Assembly: GCA_037310415.1 (NCBI GenBank)
Contig: CP147780.1
Location: 288,001 to 352,000, forward strand
DNA: 64,000 bases
Direction: 5' to 3'
Source: Candidatus Atabeyarchaeum deiterrae
Lineage (GTDB): Archaea > Asgardarchaeota > Atabeyarchaeia > Atabeyarchaeales > Atabeyarchaeaceae
A program made the position numbers and the translations under genes. Within the stretch, counting starts at the first letter, position 1. Every line of letters begins with the position of its first letter. This document shows positions 10,316 to 20,883 of the stretch, in pieces. The notes beneath the pieces were generated by a model. The model saw only the letters and a program-made list of their open reading frames with translations, did no database searches and was not told the DNA's origin.

Positions 10316-10935
10316 CGTAAGAAATTTAGTGTTCAGATTGGCAGCTCTGATTCATTCCTACAGATTACTCAACTTGCTGCCGCACGAGAAGGCGGTCAAA
10401 AAGTATGACGCGCATACGCGGTTCTCTCTTCGTTGATGTGGGTGCGCATTTAGGATTCTACACTTTTGCTATGCACGAAAACTTTGAGAGTAATTGCGGT
10501 TGAGCCGCACCCTCACAATATCAGCGCCATAATGAAGGCAATGAGAAACTTCAGAACGAACAATGCGAAGTGCGTACCTGAGGCTGTTGGAGATGCCAAT
10601 GGCTTCTCAAAGCTGTTTTTGGCTGGTGAGCATGGCGGTGCTGCAATAGACAGCTGGAATCGGAAAGGCGAACACACTGTGGTCAAGACCGCGACTCTTG
10701 ACACTCTGCTCTCGCGAGAACAGGAGATAAGTCTGATAAAAGTGGACGTTGAGGGACCCAAATTCGAGGTACTCAAAGGCACGCGAAGATCGATGAACAA
10801 CATTAGAAGTTGGATCATTGAACTTCATAATCCGCAAGCTAGAAACGAGTTGGAAGAATTAATGTTCTGCAGGATACTCGTTGGAGTTGATTGACAGGAA
10901 CCATCTGTTCGCTTGGAGAGGCAGACGAATTTTGA
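10308..10935 (+). pseudogene. Frameshifted FkbM methyltransferase, paralog of the domain fused to the flippase
   Basis: MTDVRNLVFRLAALIHSYRLL.../RIRGSLFVDVGAHLGFY.../VIAVEPHP...KVDVEGP.../GYSLELIDRNHLFAWRGRR; three frameshifts near 10400, 10488 and 10870. Confidence 0.8.
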
Positions 10936-10974
10936 AAACTCAGCAGCTTTTCTTCCAACAGTCGAATTTCGTGC

Positions 10975-11820
10975 TTACCGATTTCTACTTCCGATAATAG
11001 ATGAGCGTAGCTCTGCCAAAAGCAAACCTATGTAATCTCTGTAAAGCACCTTAACCTCGTCTTCCCGAAAATGTCTCTTTTCGCCGTGCAACTTGGCATA
11101 TATCCAACCAATGACCTCGAAAAGGTATCTCTTATTGGGACTTCTTAGTTTGAGCAGAGAATGCAGAAGAGGATATCCTAATTTGTAGTAGTAGATCCCG
11201 TTGAGAAGTGGATTATCGGTAGTTGTACCAGTTGGCCTGCCTTCAAAAGCAGCCAAGGGAAAAGTCTGCGTTTTAAGCCCTGATATTGCCGCCATTCGCT
11301 CCAGCAGAACTTCTCCGTGTATTGAGTTATAACCGATCTTGCACCTTGCGTAGAAGCGCCTTCTGATTATGTGATTGCTGCTCCTAACGTGTTCTCCCCG
11401 AGCTGCTTCTAAGCCAGTAGGGGTTTTTAGGAATCTTGCTCCAGCCATTACCAGCCTCGGATTCTTCTCCATTTCTCCTATGATGACTTCGCAGTAGTTT
11501 GATGGTAGCCACGCATCACCATCCAAGAGTAAGCAGAATTCCCAATCTCGTACTAGCTCAGTGACTTTTCTGATTCCGACTTCTGTGACAAGATGTGGTC
11601 TTATCCCGTGGACTTTAGTACCTCTCTCAAGATTCGATGAGATCACCATTATCCTCTTGCCAAAGTTTTTGGCTATCTCTCTTGTTCTATCGTCTGACCA
11701 GTCGTCAACTATAAGGTGCAGGATGACTGGATAACTCTGATTAAGGACAGATGTAATACACTTGGCGATGTACCTCTCCTCATTCCTAGCAGGCGTAACA
11801 GCGACCAGCTTAGATCTCAT
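10975..11820 (-). CDS. Glycosyltransferase family 2
   Basis: VTPARNEE, VDDWSDDRT and LDGD motifs. Confidence 0.88.
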   Translation of the reverse strand: MRSKLVAVTPARNEERYIAKCITSVLNQSYPVILHLIVDDWSDDRTREIAKNFGKRIMVISSNLERGTKVHGIRPHLVTEVGIRKVTELVRDWEFCLLLDGDAWLPSNYCEVIIGEMEKNPRLVMAGARFLKTPTGLEAARGEHVRSSNHIIRRRFYARCKIGYNSIHGEVLLERMAAISGLKTQTFPLAAFEGRPTGTTTDNPLLNGIYYYKLGYPLLHSLLKLRSPNKRYLFEVIGWIYAKLHGEKRHFREDEVKVLYRDYIGLLLAELRSSIIGSRNR

Positions 11821-12385
11821 AGTCATGCACATGTCTCACCACGGGCATTATCCTGATTCCTTTTGGAACACCGTATTTCTCAGTCATTTCCGGAATGTAC
11901 CTACATCTGATGTGAACATTTGTTAACCCGAGTCGCTTGCATGCAGTAAATGTGCCAGAATCGTAACTCCAGTGTCCACTCGTGAAATCCTTCGTCTCTA
12001 TTCCAAGATGATTAAGGTAACTCAGACCAGTTTTTATTCGCTCATATTGTCGAGCGGTATTTGGCAATGGCAATGGTGGTGAATACAAATCATCACAAAT
12101 GTGAACGTGCAGCCCAACTTGGTTTGGGAAAGACGTAATCAGCCACTTGTATAGTTCGAGAACCCTCTCAGTCGGCTTTGCAGGAGAAAAACATAACATT
12201 AACCTTGTTTCTGAGTGACGTCGCAGCCACATGGAGAGTCTCCTGTAGGTTCGCTCTACTTGTTCTATATGTATTTCTTCTCTGGGTAGAAGTTCAATTG
12301 CAATCCTTGTTCGGATAGATCCAGGTAGCTTCTTATATAGTCTTAACACCTCGACACCGCGCCTCCAGATACCCAACCAGCACAT
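11810..12385 (-). CDS. Polysaccharide deacetylase-like (DUF2334-like) protein
   Basis: VGLHVH, FTSGHW and C-terminal HVHD; start uncertain. Confidence 0.55.
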   Translation of the reverse strand: MCWLGIWRRGVEVLRLYKKLPGSIRTRIAIELLPREEIHIEQVERTYRRLSMWLRRHSETRLMLCFSPAKPTERVLELYKWLITSFPNQVGLHVHICDDLYSPPLPLPNTARQYERIKTGLSYLNHLGIETKDFTSGHWSYDSGTFTACKRLGLTNVHIRCRYIPEMTEKYGVPKGIRIMPVVRHVHDYEI

Positions 12386-13088
12386 AGGGTCTATAGTACA
12401 AGAAACTGCTAATTATAGCTCTCCAAACGGGAATTCTCCTAGTCTTCCAAGAGATCAACCATCCCATCAAAAACTGGTATTTCTTGTTTTCCTTTGGGCG
12501 AAGCACCACATTCTTAACGTTTGGGACAAAGATATCATTGTATTTCTCAGTCAAGGCGGCGTGAAGATGTGTGTCTTCCCATGTTGGAATCTTTTTGAGC
12601 GACTCCTCATCTTCCGTCTCAAGCCAAGCGGACCTTGAGAATAAATATAGACCTGTGAAACTCTTGTGTGGATAGAGTCTTTGAATCAAATATGCTATAG
12701 CTCCATGCCAAGTCAAACTGAATTTGGCGAAACTAACAATTTTGACGTTGCCTTCAAGTAGATGGAAGTGTTCCCTTAGCTTTGGGTCTATCATAGTGTC
12801 TATGTCCCCAGTTAGTATGACATCATTTCTTGCAGCCCTGAAACCTATTCTCCTAACCCAAGCTTGATGAAAACGATAATCAGGGTTCCTTTCAACCTCA
12901 AGAATCCGTGTGATATTCTCTTTGCCGAGTCCGACTGCAACTCTATGAATCGTTGTCACTACATCTCTTGGAGCAGGCTTATCGAGGCACAAGATGACTT
13001 CGTCTGGGTGAATAGAATAATAGGAAGGCAGAGTTATGAGAGCCAAATCAACCTCGTCTTTAATTGGGCAGACGATCGAGAACTTCAT
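12333..13088 (-). CDS. Glycosyltransferase family 2-like (paralog A)
   Basis: FSIVCPIKDE, GDID and WEDTHL motifs. Confidence 0.75.
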   Translation of the reverse strand: MKFSIVCPIKDEVDLALITLPSYYSIHPDEVILCLDKPAPRDVVTTIHRVAVGLGKENITRILEVERNPDYRFHQAWVRRIGFRAARNDVILTGDIDTMIDPKLREHFHLLEGNVKIVSFAKFSLTWHGAIAYLIQRLYPHKSFTGLYLFSRSAWLETEDEESLKKIPTWEDTHLHAALTEKYNDIFVPNVKNVVLRPKENKKYQFLMGWLISWKTRRIPVWRAIISSFLYYRPYVLVGYLEARCRGVKTI

Positions 13089-13309
13089 CCTATTTTGCGC
13101 CTCTCTTCACCTTCACTTTCTTTGTTTTTATTCTTATCTCCTGCTTCCCGGTCATGCCCCATGTTCTCTCGGCGACCACGGAGAACCACCCCCAACTGGG
13201 AAACACACAGCCCTTTCGTCAACCAAGACTTCAGGATCATGACAATTTGCGGTATCAATTGCAGATAAGGAAGACTTTCACCCACCGTAAAAGTATCCAC
13301 CACCGCCTG

Positions 13310-13500
13310 CGCGCTGTCAAGTTGCTCTCCAAGTCATTCAAGTTCTGACTCTTTGACATGGTGCTGAACTTTAGAATTCCGTTGAAAGTGATTTATAGAT
13401 ATCCTGCTGCATCGGCTGCGATGGCAGTAGTATTGTTCTTCTCTCAGCGACATGCTGCAAATGTCCCATCTATTCAACTTTCCCCATTCCTAGCAGGTCT
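13310..13500 (+). pseudogene. Second relic of the flippase C-terminal region
   Basis: AVKLLSKSFKF*LFDMVLNFRIPLKVIYRYPAASAAMAVVLF versus FIKFLFISFKFWFSRRVAKFRTPLKQIAKYLVAAGIMAIVLW. Confidence 0.6.
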
Positions 13501-13513
13501 AACAGCGACGAGC

Positions 13514-14272
13514 TCAGGTGTCCCACAGAGGCTTGGCATGTCGACACCTCGCATCCAGATATCCGACTAGCATGTAGGGACGGTAGTAAAGGAGACCGCT
13601 TGTCACAGCTCGCCAGATCGGTGTCCTTGTCCTCCAACGATTCCATCCCATCATGAATTGGTATCTTATGCTTTCCTTTGGACGGACTACCATATTCTTG
13701 ACATTTGCCACAAAGACGTCTCTATACAGCTTAGTCAAGGAATCATGCAGATGAGTGTCTTCTCCTCTCGGAATCTTCCTGACGCTAGATTCGTCTTCAG
13801 TTTCAAGCCAAGCGGACCTTGAGAATAAGTACAGACCTGTGAAACTCCTTTGGGTGTAGAATCTTTGAACCAAGTATGCCAAGGCACCATGCCAAGTTGC
13901 GCTAAACTTCGCGAAGCTTACAATTTTTACGTCGCCGCGAAGAAGCTTGAAGAATTCTTTCATTTTGGGGTCTAATACTATATCTATGTCTGAAGTCAAA
14001 ATAGCATCATTTCTCGCGGATCTGAACCCTGATCTACGGACCCATGCCTGATGAAAACGATAGTTAGGGTTTCTTTCGACCTCAAGAATCCGTGTGACAT
14101 TTCTCACTTCAAGCTTGTTCACTATATTCTCAATAACGGCCACAACGTTTCTTGGGGCAGGTTTGTCTAAGCATAGAATAACTTCATCTGGCTCAACTGA
14201 ATAGAAGGAAGGCAGAGTTCTTGGAATCAAATCTACTTCGTCTTTTATTGGACAAACGATCGAGAACTTCAT
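13514..14272 (-). CDS. Glycosyltransferase family 2-like (paralog B)
   Basis: Close paralog of 12333..13088; both start MKFSIVCPIKDEVDL and share SFTGLYLFSRSAWLETED. Confidence 0.75.
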   Translation of the reverse strand: MKFSIVCPIKDEVDLIPRTLPSFYSVEPDEVILCLDKPAPRNVVAVIENIVNKLEVRNVTRILEVERNPNYRFHQAWVRRSGFRSARNDAILTSDIDIVLDPKMKEFFKLLRGDVKIVSFAKFSATWHGALAYLVQRFYTQRSFTGLYLFSRSAWLETEDESSVRKIPRGEDTHLHDSLTKLYRDVFVANVKNMVVRPKESIRYQFMMGWNRWRTRTPIWRAVTSGLLYYRPYMLVGYLDARCRHAKPLWDT

Positions 14273-15240
14273 TTCCTGCCGCGCCCCTGCTCAACCATCT
14301 TTTTGACCCATTGATAGAGCTGCTCCATACCTTGCTTATAGCTTACCTTTGGTCTCCATCCCAATACTCTGTCTACTAGCGTCAAGTCTGCGTTTCTCCC
14401 GCGAACACCTTGAGGCTGAGTCGGATCGTGCACTTTCTTTAGTTTCTTGCCAGCGATCCCCATTATCATGTCTGCAAGTTGATTGATTGAGATGAGTTCA
14501 TCGCTTCCTATGTTCAGCGGCTCGCTGTAGTCGCCCTCCATCAGTTTATAGATGGCGTCCAAGCAGTCATCTATGTAGAGAAACGACCGTGTCTGTTCTC
14601 CGTCTCCCCATATGTCTATTGTCCCACTATCCTGTGTCTGCGCGACCTTTCTGCACAAAGCTGCCGGTGCCTTCTCTCTTCCACCGTCGTAGGTCGTGTA
14701 AGGCCCATAGATGTTGTGGAAACGAGCTATCCTGACTTGCGTGCCATAATCCTTGCGATAACCTTCATACAGTTTTTCCGAGAAAAGCTTCTCCCATCCA
14801 TAGAATGAGTCAGGCATGGCTGGGACCGCATGCTCTTCCTTCAAAGGTTCAACCAAAGGTTTCTCTTGTAGATATGCAGGATATATGCAGGCCGAACTAC
14901 TGAAGAAGATTCTCTGGACCTTGTTTTGTCTTGACGCTTCGACCATGTTGATGTTTATGAGACCATTGTCTCTCATGATTTCGGCGCCGATTCGCATTAT
15001 GAATCCAATGCCGCCCATGTTGGCTGCTAAGTTGAAAACCCAATCGATTCCTTTTGTCGCCTTCATACAATTCTTCGGATCTCTGAGATCAAGCTGTTGC
15101 ACTTCGTCTGCTTTTAGAGGAAGGTAGCATTCCTTAACCGATCTAATATCCGCAACTCTTACCCAGTGTCCCCTCTCTTTCAAGAAGTTTGCCAAGTGAC
15201 TCCCGATAAAACCGCATCCACCTGTAACCAGACTTCTCAT
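14269..15240 (-). CDS. NAD-dependent epimerase, GDP-mannose 3,5-epimerase-like
   Basis: TGGCGFIG, FNLAANMGGIGFI, SSACIYP, YGWEK, RFHNIYGP, GGREKAPAALCRK and GVRGRNAD motifs. Confidence 0.85.
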   Translation of the reverse strand: MRSLVTGGCGFIGSHLANFLKERGHWVRVADIRSVKECYLPLKADEVQQLDLRDPKNCMKATKGIDWVFNLAANMGGIGFIMRIGAEIMRDNGLININMVEASRQNKVQRIFFSSSACIYPAYLQEKPLVEPLKEEHAVPAMPDSFYGWEKLFSEKLYEGYRKDYGTQVRIARFHNIYGPYTTYDGGREKAPAALCRKVAQTQDSGTIDIWGDGEQTRSFLYIDDCLDAIYKLMEGDYSEPLNIGSDELISINQLADMIMGIAGKKLKKVHDPTQPQGVRGRNADLTLVDRVLGWRPKVSYKQGMEQLYQWVKKMVEQGRGRK

Positions 15241-15680
15241 GCCTTTTCCTCCTTACAATCCTGTTAAGTATCCCTGCAACATGATGGGAAAACCCAATTC
15301 ATCCACTCTTATTCTCTGATAAGAGCGAAATCTCCCAGCATGGCATGTTTAGATATGATTAGATTTCTCCAAGAGTTATTCAGGCGCGAATTACTATCCT
15401 CTGCAAGACTGTGATTCGTCCTTTGTTTTGTAATAGAAACCTCGTGTTTTTATGTCTTTTCTTCATTCCCATTGACCAATGTCCGCTTATCGTGCAGGAA
15501 CATACAGCTTTTCTCTAGGTATTCCAGAGATGATAAGGTTGACGATAATCCTAGCATACGAGTAATTGGAGGATCTGTGTCAGAGAAATTTTGAAATAAG
15601 TGATTAGCTTAATACGACTGCCGTAAGGTAATTCATAAAGAGGCGGCGATACAATATCTCCATGTATTAGGTGACGAAAC

Positions 15681-17927
15681 ATGTCAATAGACAGGCTCAG
15701 TGAGATCCCTGGTGTAGGGGCGAAGATTGCCGAGAAACTTGTTGAATCGCTGGGAAATGAGGAAGAGGCTCTAAAGGCCATAACTAACGCGGATGTTGCG
15801 ACGATTGCTGCCATACCAGGCATAGGTCACGCCAAGGCAGTAAGGATAGTCAGGTCTTTCTACGAGACTAAAGAGGGCGCGACTCTCGAACAAGTCATGA
15901 GAACGCCCGACACCATTGAGATCTACGAGCATATTATGGATATAATTCGATCATATGCAAAAACTGACTATGCTCAAGACAAACTCTCGCTCTATTTTCC
16001 GCTACCATCAGGCAAGATTGAAGTCATGGAGAAAAGAGCAGCAAGATTCAGTGAGGCAAAGTCCCTAGTTGAGAAACTCGGTTCCGAGAAAGCCGAAGAG
16101 ATCTCCAAGCATCTAACCAAAGTACATAATCTCAAAAGGTGGGGTGACAAGAAACGCCTGAAGGGCAGAATCGTGCTAACTGATAGTGAAGACGTGCTCA
16201 AGGAATTGGAGAAGAATAACGTGTCTCGGTACTGCGAAGTGAGACAGTTAGCAGGAGAGAGAAGTTCACTCTACGACGAATCCCCTTCATTCACTAGGCA
16301 AACGGGGGAAGAAGAAAGTGGGGCACGCCCTGAAGGGGGTATTGTTGAATTTGCCAAGGGTTACGACGTTGTCATTTTCGTCTCCTCTGGAGTGCCAAGC
16401 TCCTCCATTGAGCAGCTTGAAAACGTCGAACTCATCAATAAGGAATGGACAATTGACCAAGTTGTGCCAGAAAGTGTAATTGATTTTTACTCTGTAAACA
16501 TAGACGTGATAAGAGCAGTGTGTGATCTTTGTGAAATCTTCAGGAGCTTCCCTGATGAGTCTGCTATGAGAGAGTTCAAGTCAAAGCTCGACACGAAAGC
16601 ACTACAGGAAATCAACTCTCTAATTAGGCTACTTACGGAGAAAGGAGAGGTTGTTGAGGATGCCTACCCAGAACTAGGCAGGCTGAGGAAAGCGATAAAG
16701 AACTTCAACGCCGTCATTAATGACACGGAAGCGTGGGTTAACGAAGAGATCAGAAAACGGGTTGGAGAAAGCAGCGTAACCATACGTGGCGAACAGATAA
16801 TCAACATCCTCAAGGCCGCAAGCGATGAGGCAATACCTCCAGAAGAACTGAATCGTTATCTACCATCCGCAGTTGTAGATACGATAATGGATGCGGTCAC
16901 CAAAGGAGAAGAGAACATAGTCACCAAGCTAAGCCTGAAGGGTGACGAGGAAGCGTTAGTGGAAGGAGTCATACCGAGAAAAGTTGGGCTGCCAATTGAC
17001 ATCGACAGAAGAAAGGTGAAAGACCTCGAAGATCTTCTGAAGAGAGAATACGCTATTAGCGAATACAGGGAACTCAAGAACTTGGCCAGTAAACTCGTAA
17101 AATACGAGAACATTGTCCAGCAAGCCACGCAGGCTTTACTGGAATTCGACTTGTTCTTCGCTGTGGGTAGATTTGGGAAGGACTACGGTCTAATGCCTCC
17201 CAAATTGCTGAAGGACAAAGTGGGAGTTGGATTCAACGGCGCGGTGAACCTCTTTCTCAGAGAAGAGGAATTCAAGAAAAGGATGAATGTGAGACCCATA
17301 AACTACGTTGTTGGCAATGTGCCTGTCAAGATTCAGAATGCGACTACCAAGGGAGAACGAGTCGTTCTGCTAAGTGGTGCCAATTCAGGGGGAAAAACCT
17401 GCTGCATCCAGACGATTGCGCACATAATGATAATGAGCCAAATGGGTTTGCCGGTTCCAGCCGATGATGCCTGCATTGGGCTGTGCGATGAGCTATACTT
17501 CATCTCAAAGTCCAAGGGCGTCGCTGACGCTGGCGCATTTGAGACAACATTAAGAACATTCGCAAGAGTGATCCAAAGCCCGAATAGAAAGATGATCCTG
17601 GTGGACGAACTTGAAAGTATCACCGAGCCAGGAGCGGCCGCCAAGGTCATCGGTGGAATACTTGAGAAGCTTGCAGAGAATCAGAATACTTGTGCCGTAT
17701 TTGTAAGCCACCTTGCAGAGGAGATCTCTAAGGCAGTAAAGACGGCGATAAGGATAGATGGGATTGAGGCCAGAGGCTTGGATCAGAATCTGAACTTGGT
17801 CGTCGACAGGAACCCAATCATAAACCATCTCGCAAAAAGCATGCCACAATTGATAATAACTAGATTAAGAGAGCTAACCAAAGGTGACGAGAGAGAAACC
17901 TATGAACACATCCTCAGAAAGTTCTGA
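15681..17927 (+). CDS. Archaeal MutS-family ATPase with N-terminal HhH repeats (MutS2/MutS5-like)
   Basis: IPGVGAKIA and IPGIG HhH motifs, GANSGGKT Walker A, AGAFE, LVDELE, VSHL. Confidence 0.85.
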   Translation: MSIDRLSEIPGVGAKIAEKLVESLGNEEEALKAITNADVATIAAIPGIGHAKAVRIVRSFYETKEGATLEQVMRTPDTIEIYEHIMDIIRSYAKTDYAQDKLSLYFPLPSGKIEVMEKRAARFSEAKSLVEKLGSEKAEEISKHLTKVHNLKRWGDKKRLKGRIVLTDSEDVLKELEKNNVSRYCEVRQLAGERSSLYDESPSFTRQTGEEESGARPEGGIVEFAKGYDVVIFVSSGVPSSSIEQLENVELINKEWTIDQVVPESVIDFYSVNIDVIRAVCDLCEIFRSFPDESAMREFKSKLDTKALQEINSLIRLLTEKGEVVEDAYPELGRLRKAIKNFNAVINDTEAWVNEEIRKRVGESSVTIRGEQIINILKAASDEAIPPEELNRYLPSAVVDTIMDAVTKGEENIVTKLSLKGDEEALVEGVIPRKVGLPIDIDRRKVKDLEDLLKREYAISEYRELKNLASKLVKYENIVQQATQALLEFDLFFAVGRFGKDYGLMPPKLLKDKVGVGFNGAVNLFLREEEFKKRMNVRPINYVVGNVPVKIQNATTKGERVVLLSGANSGGKTCCIQTIAHIMIMSQMGLPVPADDACIGLCDELYFISKSKGVADAGAFETTLRTFARVIQSPNRKMILVDELESITEPGAAAKVIGGILEKLAENQNTCAVFVSHLAEEISKAVKTAIRIDGIEARGLDQNLNLVVDRNPIINHLAKSMPQLIITRLRELTKGDERETYEHILRKF

Positions 17928-18053
17928 GGAAAAACCTTTTTTCTTTGACACGGAAAAGTTGGACTATGACGAGAGATTGGAAATGGGTACTGAGTCATGG
18001 GCATAGAAGCGCCCACTACCTACAAATAAACTCTATAGCCAACAGGAGGTCAA

Positions 18054-18833
18054 GTGAAAGACATGCGAAGCTTTCCGAAGCTAATCATCAAGAAGATTTT
18101 CAGTACAATTGGGTTGGACATTGCGAGAAAATCCAGAAAAACCACTCTTTCGCCGACGGAGATCTTTCTTTCATTCAACTTTCAACGTACTGATCAAAGG
18201 AGACTTGAACACCTTGAAAGCCTAGGGCTTAACGTTCACGGCTCTAGCGTTCTCGAGCTCGGGGCTGGGATCGGTGGTCTCACGAGCTTCTTCATAGACC
18301 GCGACTGCGAGGTCGTCACTAGCGACGCAAGGAAAGAGAATTTGGAAGTTTTGCGTTCTCGATATCCTGGCGTAAGAGTATTGAGTCTGGATTTGGATAG
18401 TCCTCCTAGGAAGTTAGGTGAGTTGTTTGACATCATTCACTGCTATGGATTGCTCTATCATCTGAGAGATCCAGAAGGAGCTATAGAATTCATGTCTCAT
18501 TGTTGCCGAAAAATGCTTCTTCTGGAGACTTGTGTCTCATTTGGTGACGATGATTCCATTTTGTCTGTTGCGGAGGATGCGCTATGGCCGGCAGCATCTG
18601 TGTCGGGAGTGGGTTGTAGACCTACCAGAAGATGGGTCTACAACCGACTCAAGAAGCACTTTGGCTTTGTGTACCTCCCGACGACTCAGCCAAACTACAA
18701 AGACTTCATTCTAGACTGGACCTCCCCTCCACCAGATACATCATACATAAGATCCATATTCGTTGCATCCAGACATAGAATCACTAGCAAGTTCTTAAAA
18801 GAAAGCATACCAATGAAACAAACGCGACATTGA
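18054..18833 (+). CDS. Class I SAM-dependent methyltransferase
   Basis: VLELGAGIG and FDIIHCYGLLYH motifs. Confidence 0.85.
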   Translation: MKDMRSFPKLIIKKIFSTIGLDIARKSRKTTLSPTEIFLSFNFQRTDQRRLEHLESLGLNVHGSSVLELGAGIGGLTSFFIDRDCEVVTSDARKENLEVLRSRYPGVRVLSLDLDSPPRKLGELFDIIHCYGLLYHLRDPEGAIEFMSHCCRKMLLLETCVSFGDDDSILSVAEDALWPAASVSGVGCRPTRRWVYNRLKKHFGFVYLPTTQPNYKDFILDWTSPPPDTSYIRSIFVASRHRITSKFLKESIPMKQTRH

Positions 18834-18887
18834 CTCTCGGGGGATTGTTCGCCACACTGGATCTTTGAAATTCAGGAATGCAAAACG

Positions 18888-19760
18888 ATGGGTAGTAATC
18901 GCAACATGCCCAGAGTAATAGGCAAAGAAGCACGGGTCGCCTATGGAGGAGTAGGTGCAAAAGACTTGCCAATTGTAACGCTCCTGTCAGATTTTGGACT
19001 CAGAGATCCTTACGTTGCTTCCATGAAAGGCGTAATACTGTCGATCTGTAGGAAAGCTCAGATAGTAGACATTACCCACGACATAGCCAAATTCAACATT
19101 TTGCAAGGTGCTTATGTATTTGCTGCAACGATCCCGTATTTTCCACTAGGCGCAACTCACGTAGCGGTAGTCGATCCAGGCGTTGGCACAAATCGAAAAG
19201 CGCTGCTTGTTAGGACAAAAAGAAGTCACCTATTGGGTCCTGACAATGGGGTTTTGATGCTGGCAGGCCTCCGCGAGGGAATTGAAAGGGTCTTTGAGAT
19301 CAGCAATCGCGGTTATATGTTGGATGAAGTGTCTCAGACATTTCATGGAAGAGACGTTTTCTGCGCTGCGGCTGCGCACTTGGCAAATGGAACTCCAGTT
19401 GAAGACTTTGGCCCGGAGACAAATGATTACATCCAGCCAGAGTTCTCAAGGTCTTCTATAACCAAAGACGAGCTGTCGGGTCACGCGATTTATGTGGATG
19501 GCTTCGGGAACATCGTGACAAACATTACCTCTCGGGACGTAGCGGAGTTTGGCGTGACGTATGGTTCTACAATCAGAGTCAGAATTGGGTTTGCCGCCCG
19601 AAAGATGAAGTTCAGCGCAACCTATGGAGATGTTGATGTAGGAGAACATTTGGCATTGATAGGAAGTTCTGGATTTCTTGAGATATCAGTCAATAGGGGG
19701 AACGCTGCCTCCATTCATAATGCTGAAGAAGGAATTCGGGTGTCGGTCTCACGTAGCTGA
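18888..19760 (+). CDS. SAM hydroxide adenosyltransferase (DUF62, chlorinase/fluorinase family)
   Basis: LLSDFG, VVDPGVGT, GPDNG, TFHGRD and DGFGNIVTN motifs. Confidence 0.92.
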   Translation: MGSNRNMPRVIGKEARVAYGGVGAKDLPIVTLLSDFGLRDPYVASMKGVILSICRKAQIVDITHDIAKFNILQGAYVFAATIPYFPLGATHVAVVDPGVGTNRKALLVRTKRSHLLGPDNGVLMLAGLREGIERVFEISNRGYMLDEVSQTFHGRDVFCAAAAHLANGTPVEDFGPETNDYIQPEFSRSSITKDELSGHAIYVDGFGNIVTNITSRDVAEFGVTYGSTIRVRIGFAARKMKFSATYGDVDVGEHLALIGSSGFLEISVNRGNAASIHNAEEGIRVSVSRS

Positions 19761-19906
19761 TCACAGGAAGGAAGATATTATTAGAGCGAATGAATGGAAG
19801 AACTAGTGGGAAGTTCATCATAGCATCATGCTGCTGGAATCAGCAATATCCTCCATGAAGGGTCAGGGGATTTCAGTTCCTTTAGTTGTAGAGGTGAAGC
19901 GATAGA

Positions 19907-20434
19907 ATGGTTACTAGGGGATTGCTCATTGGAAGGTTCCAACCTTTCCACAAAGGGCATTTGCATGTGGTCCAAGATATACTAGCGAGAGTCGACGAAA
20001 TCATAATAGTTATTGGAAGCGCTCAGTGCAGTCACACAATAGAGGATCCGTTTACCGCCGGAGAACGATTAGAAATGATTAGGGGATCGCTGGCTGCCGA
20101 ACATACTGATTTTTCGAAGTATCTCCTGATACCAATCACAGATGTAAATGATAATCGCCTCTGGGTTTCACATGTGGCAACGTTGATTCCAAGGTTTGAT
20201 GTTGTGTTCAGCAACAAGCCTCTCGTCAAGATATTGTTTTCTGAAGCTGGTCACAGAGTTCAGCCAATCAAGTTCTATCACAGAGAATTGTACTCGGCTA
20301 CGGACATACGCAAGAAGATCATAAACCGCGACGAAGAATGGAGGAACCTTGTTCCCAAGGAGGTCGCCGAATTCATAATTTCAATAAAGGGGGATGAGAG
20401 GCTAAGAGCCGTGGCGGCAACCGACATATTGTAG
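19907..20434 (+). CDS. nadM: Nicotinamide-nucleotide adenylyltransferase
   Basis: GRFQPFHKGH, PFTAGER and SATDIR motifs. Confidence 0.92.
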   Translation: MVTRGLLIGRFQPFHKGHLHVVQDILARVDEIIIVIGSAQCSHTIEDPFTAGERLEMIRGSLAAEHTDFSKYLLIPITDVNDNRLWVSHVATLIPRFDVVFSNKPLVKILFSEAGHRVQPIKFYHRELYSATDIRKKIINRDEEWRNLVPKEVAEFIISIKGDERLRAVAATDIL

Positions 20435-20471
20435 TTAGAAAACTGCCCAAAATCCTGAAATTGAGTGAGCC

Positions 20472-20849
20472 TTACTTATTTCTTAACCCCTTGGCCAAAT
20501 CTTCGCCCGTAACGAGGTATTTCTGCAGATCTATTCTTCCAGAGTCATCTGTGCGAACTCCCTCTTCCTTAAGAAGCCTGATCTTCTCGTTGATCTTTTC
20601 GCCACTTAATTCTCCACCGAAGCCGCCGATTTCTCCATTTGAACGTATCACTCTGTGGCAAGGGACGGTAGGTGCATAGGGGTTATTTCTAACAGCGTTG
20701 CCCACAGCTCTGCTGAGATGTGAGTCTCCCAAAGCCTTGGCAATTTCACCGTAGGTCGTAACCTTGCCTTTCGGGATTTTGGTCAGCAGCGTTAGAACTT
20801 TCTTCTGGAAATCTTTAAGCCCTTCCAAGGAAACGCTCAATTCGATCAC
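20472..20849 (-). CDS. ogt: O6-methylguanine-DNA methyltransferase (MGMT domain)
   Basis: IPKGKVTTYG, RAVG and the PCHRV active-site motif. Confidence 0.9.
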   Translation of the reverse strand: MIELSVSLEGLKDFQKKVLTLLTKIPKGKVTTYGEIAKALGDSHLSRAVGNAVRNNPYAPTVPCHRVIRSNGEIGGFGGELSGEKINEKIRLLKEEGVRTDDSGRIDLQKYLVTGEDLAKGLRNK

Positions 20850-20883
20850 TCCTTACCCCCAATATTCCAGCAGGTTATTTAAA

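Noticed and set aside
10308-10935. Introns or programmed frameshifts explaining the broken FkbM gene
   Set aside because: There are three separate small indels with no hairpin or BHB, which fits ordinary pseudogene decay or sequencing error.
16250-16345. Low-complexity insertion in the MutS-like gene as an intron
   Set aside because: The frame is intact and I could not build a 4-bp helix with two 3-nt bulges.
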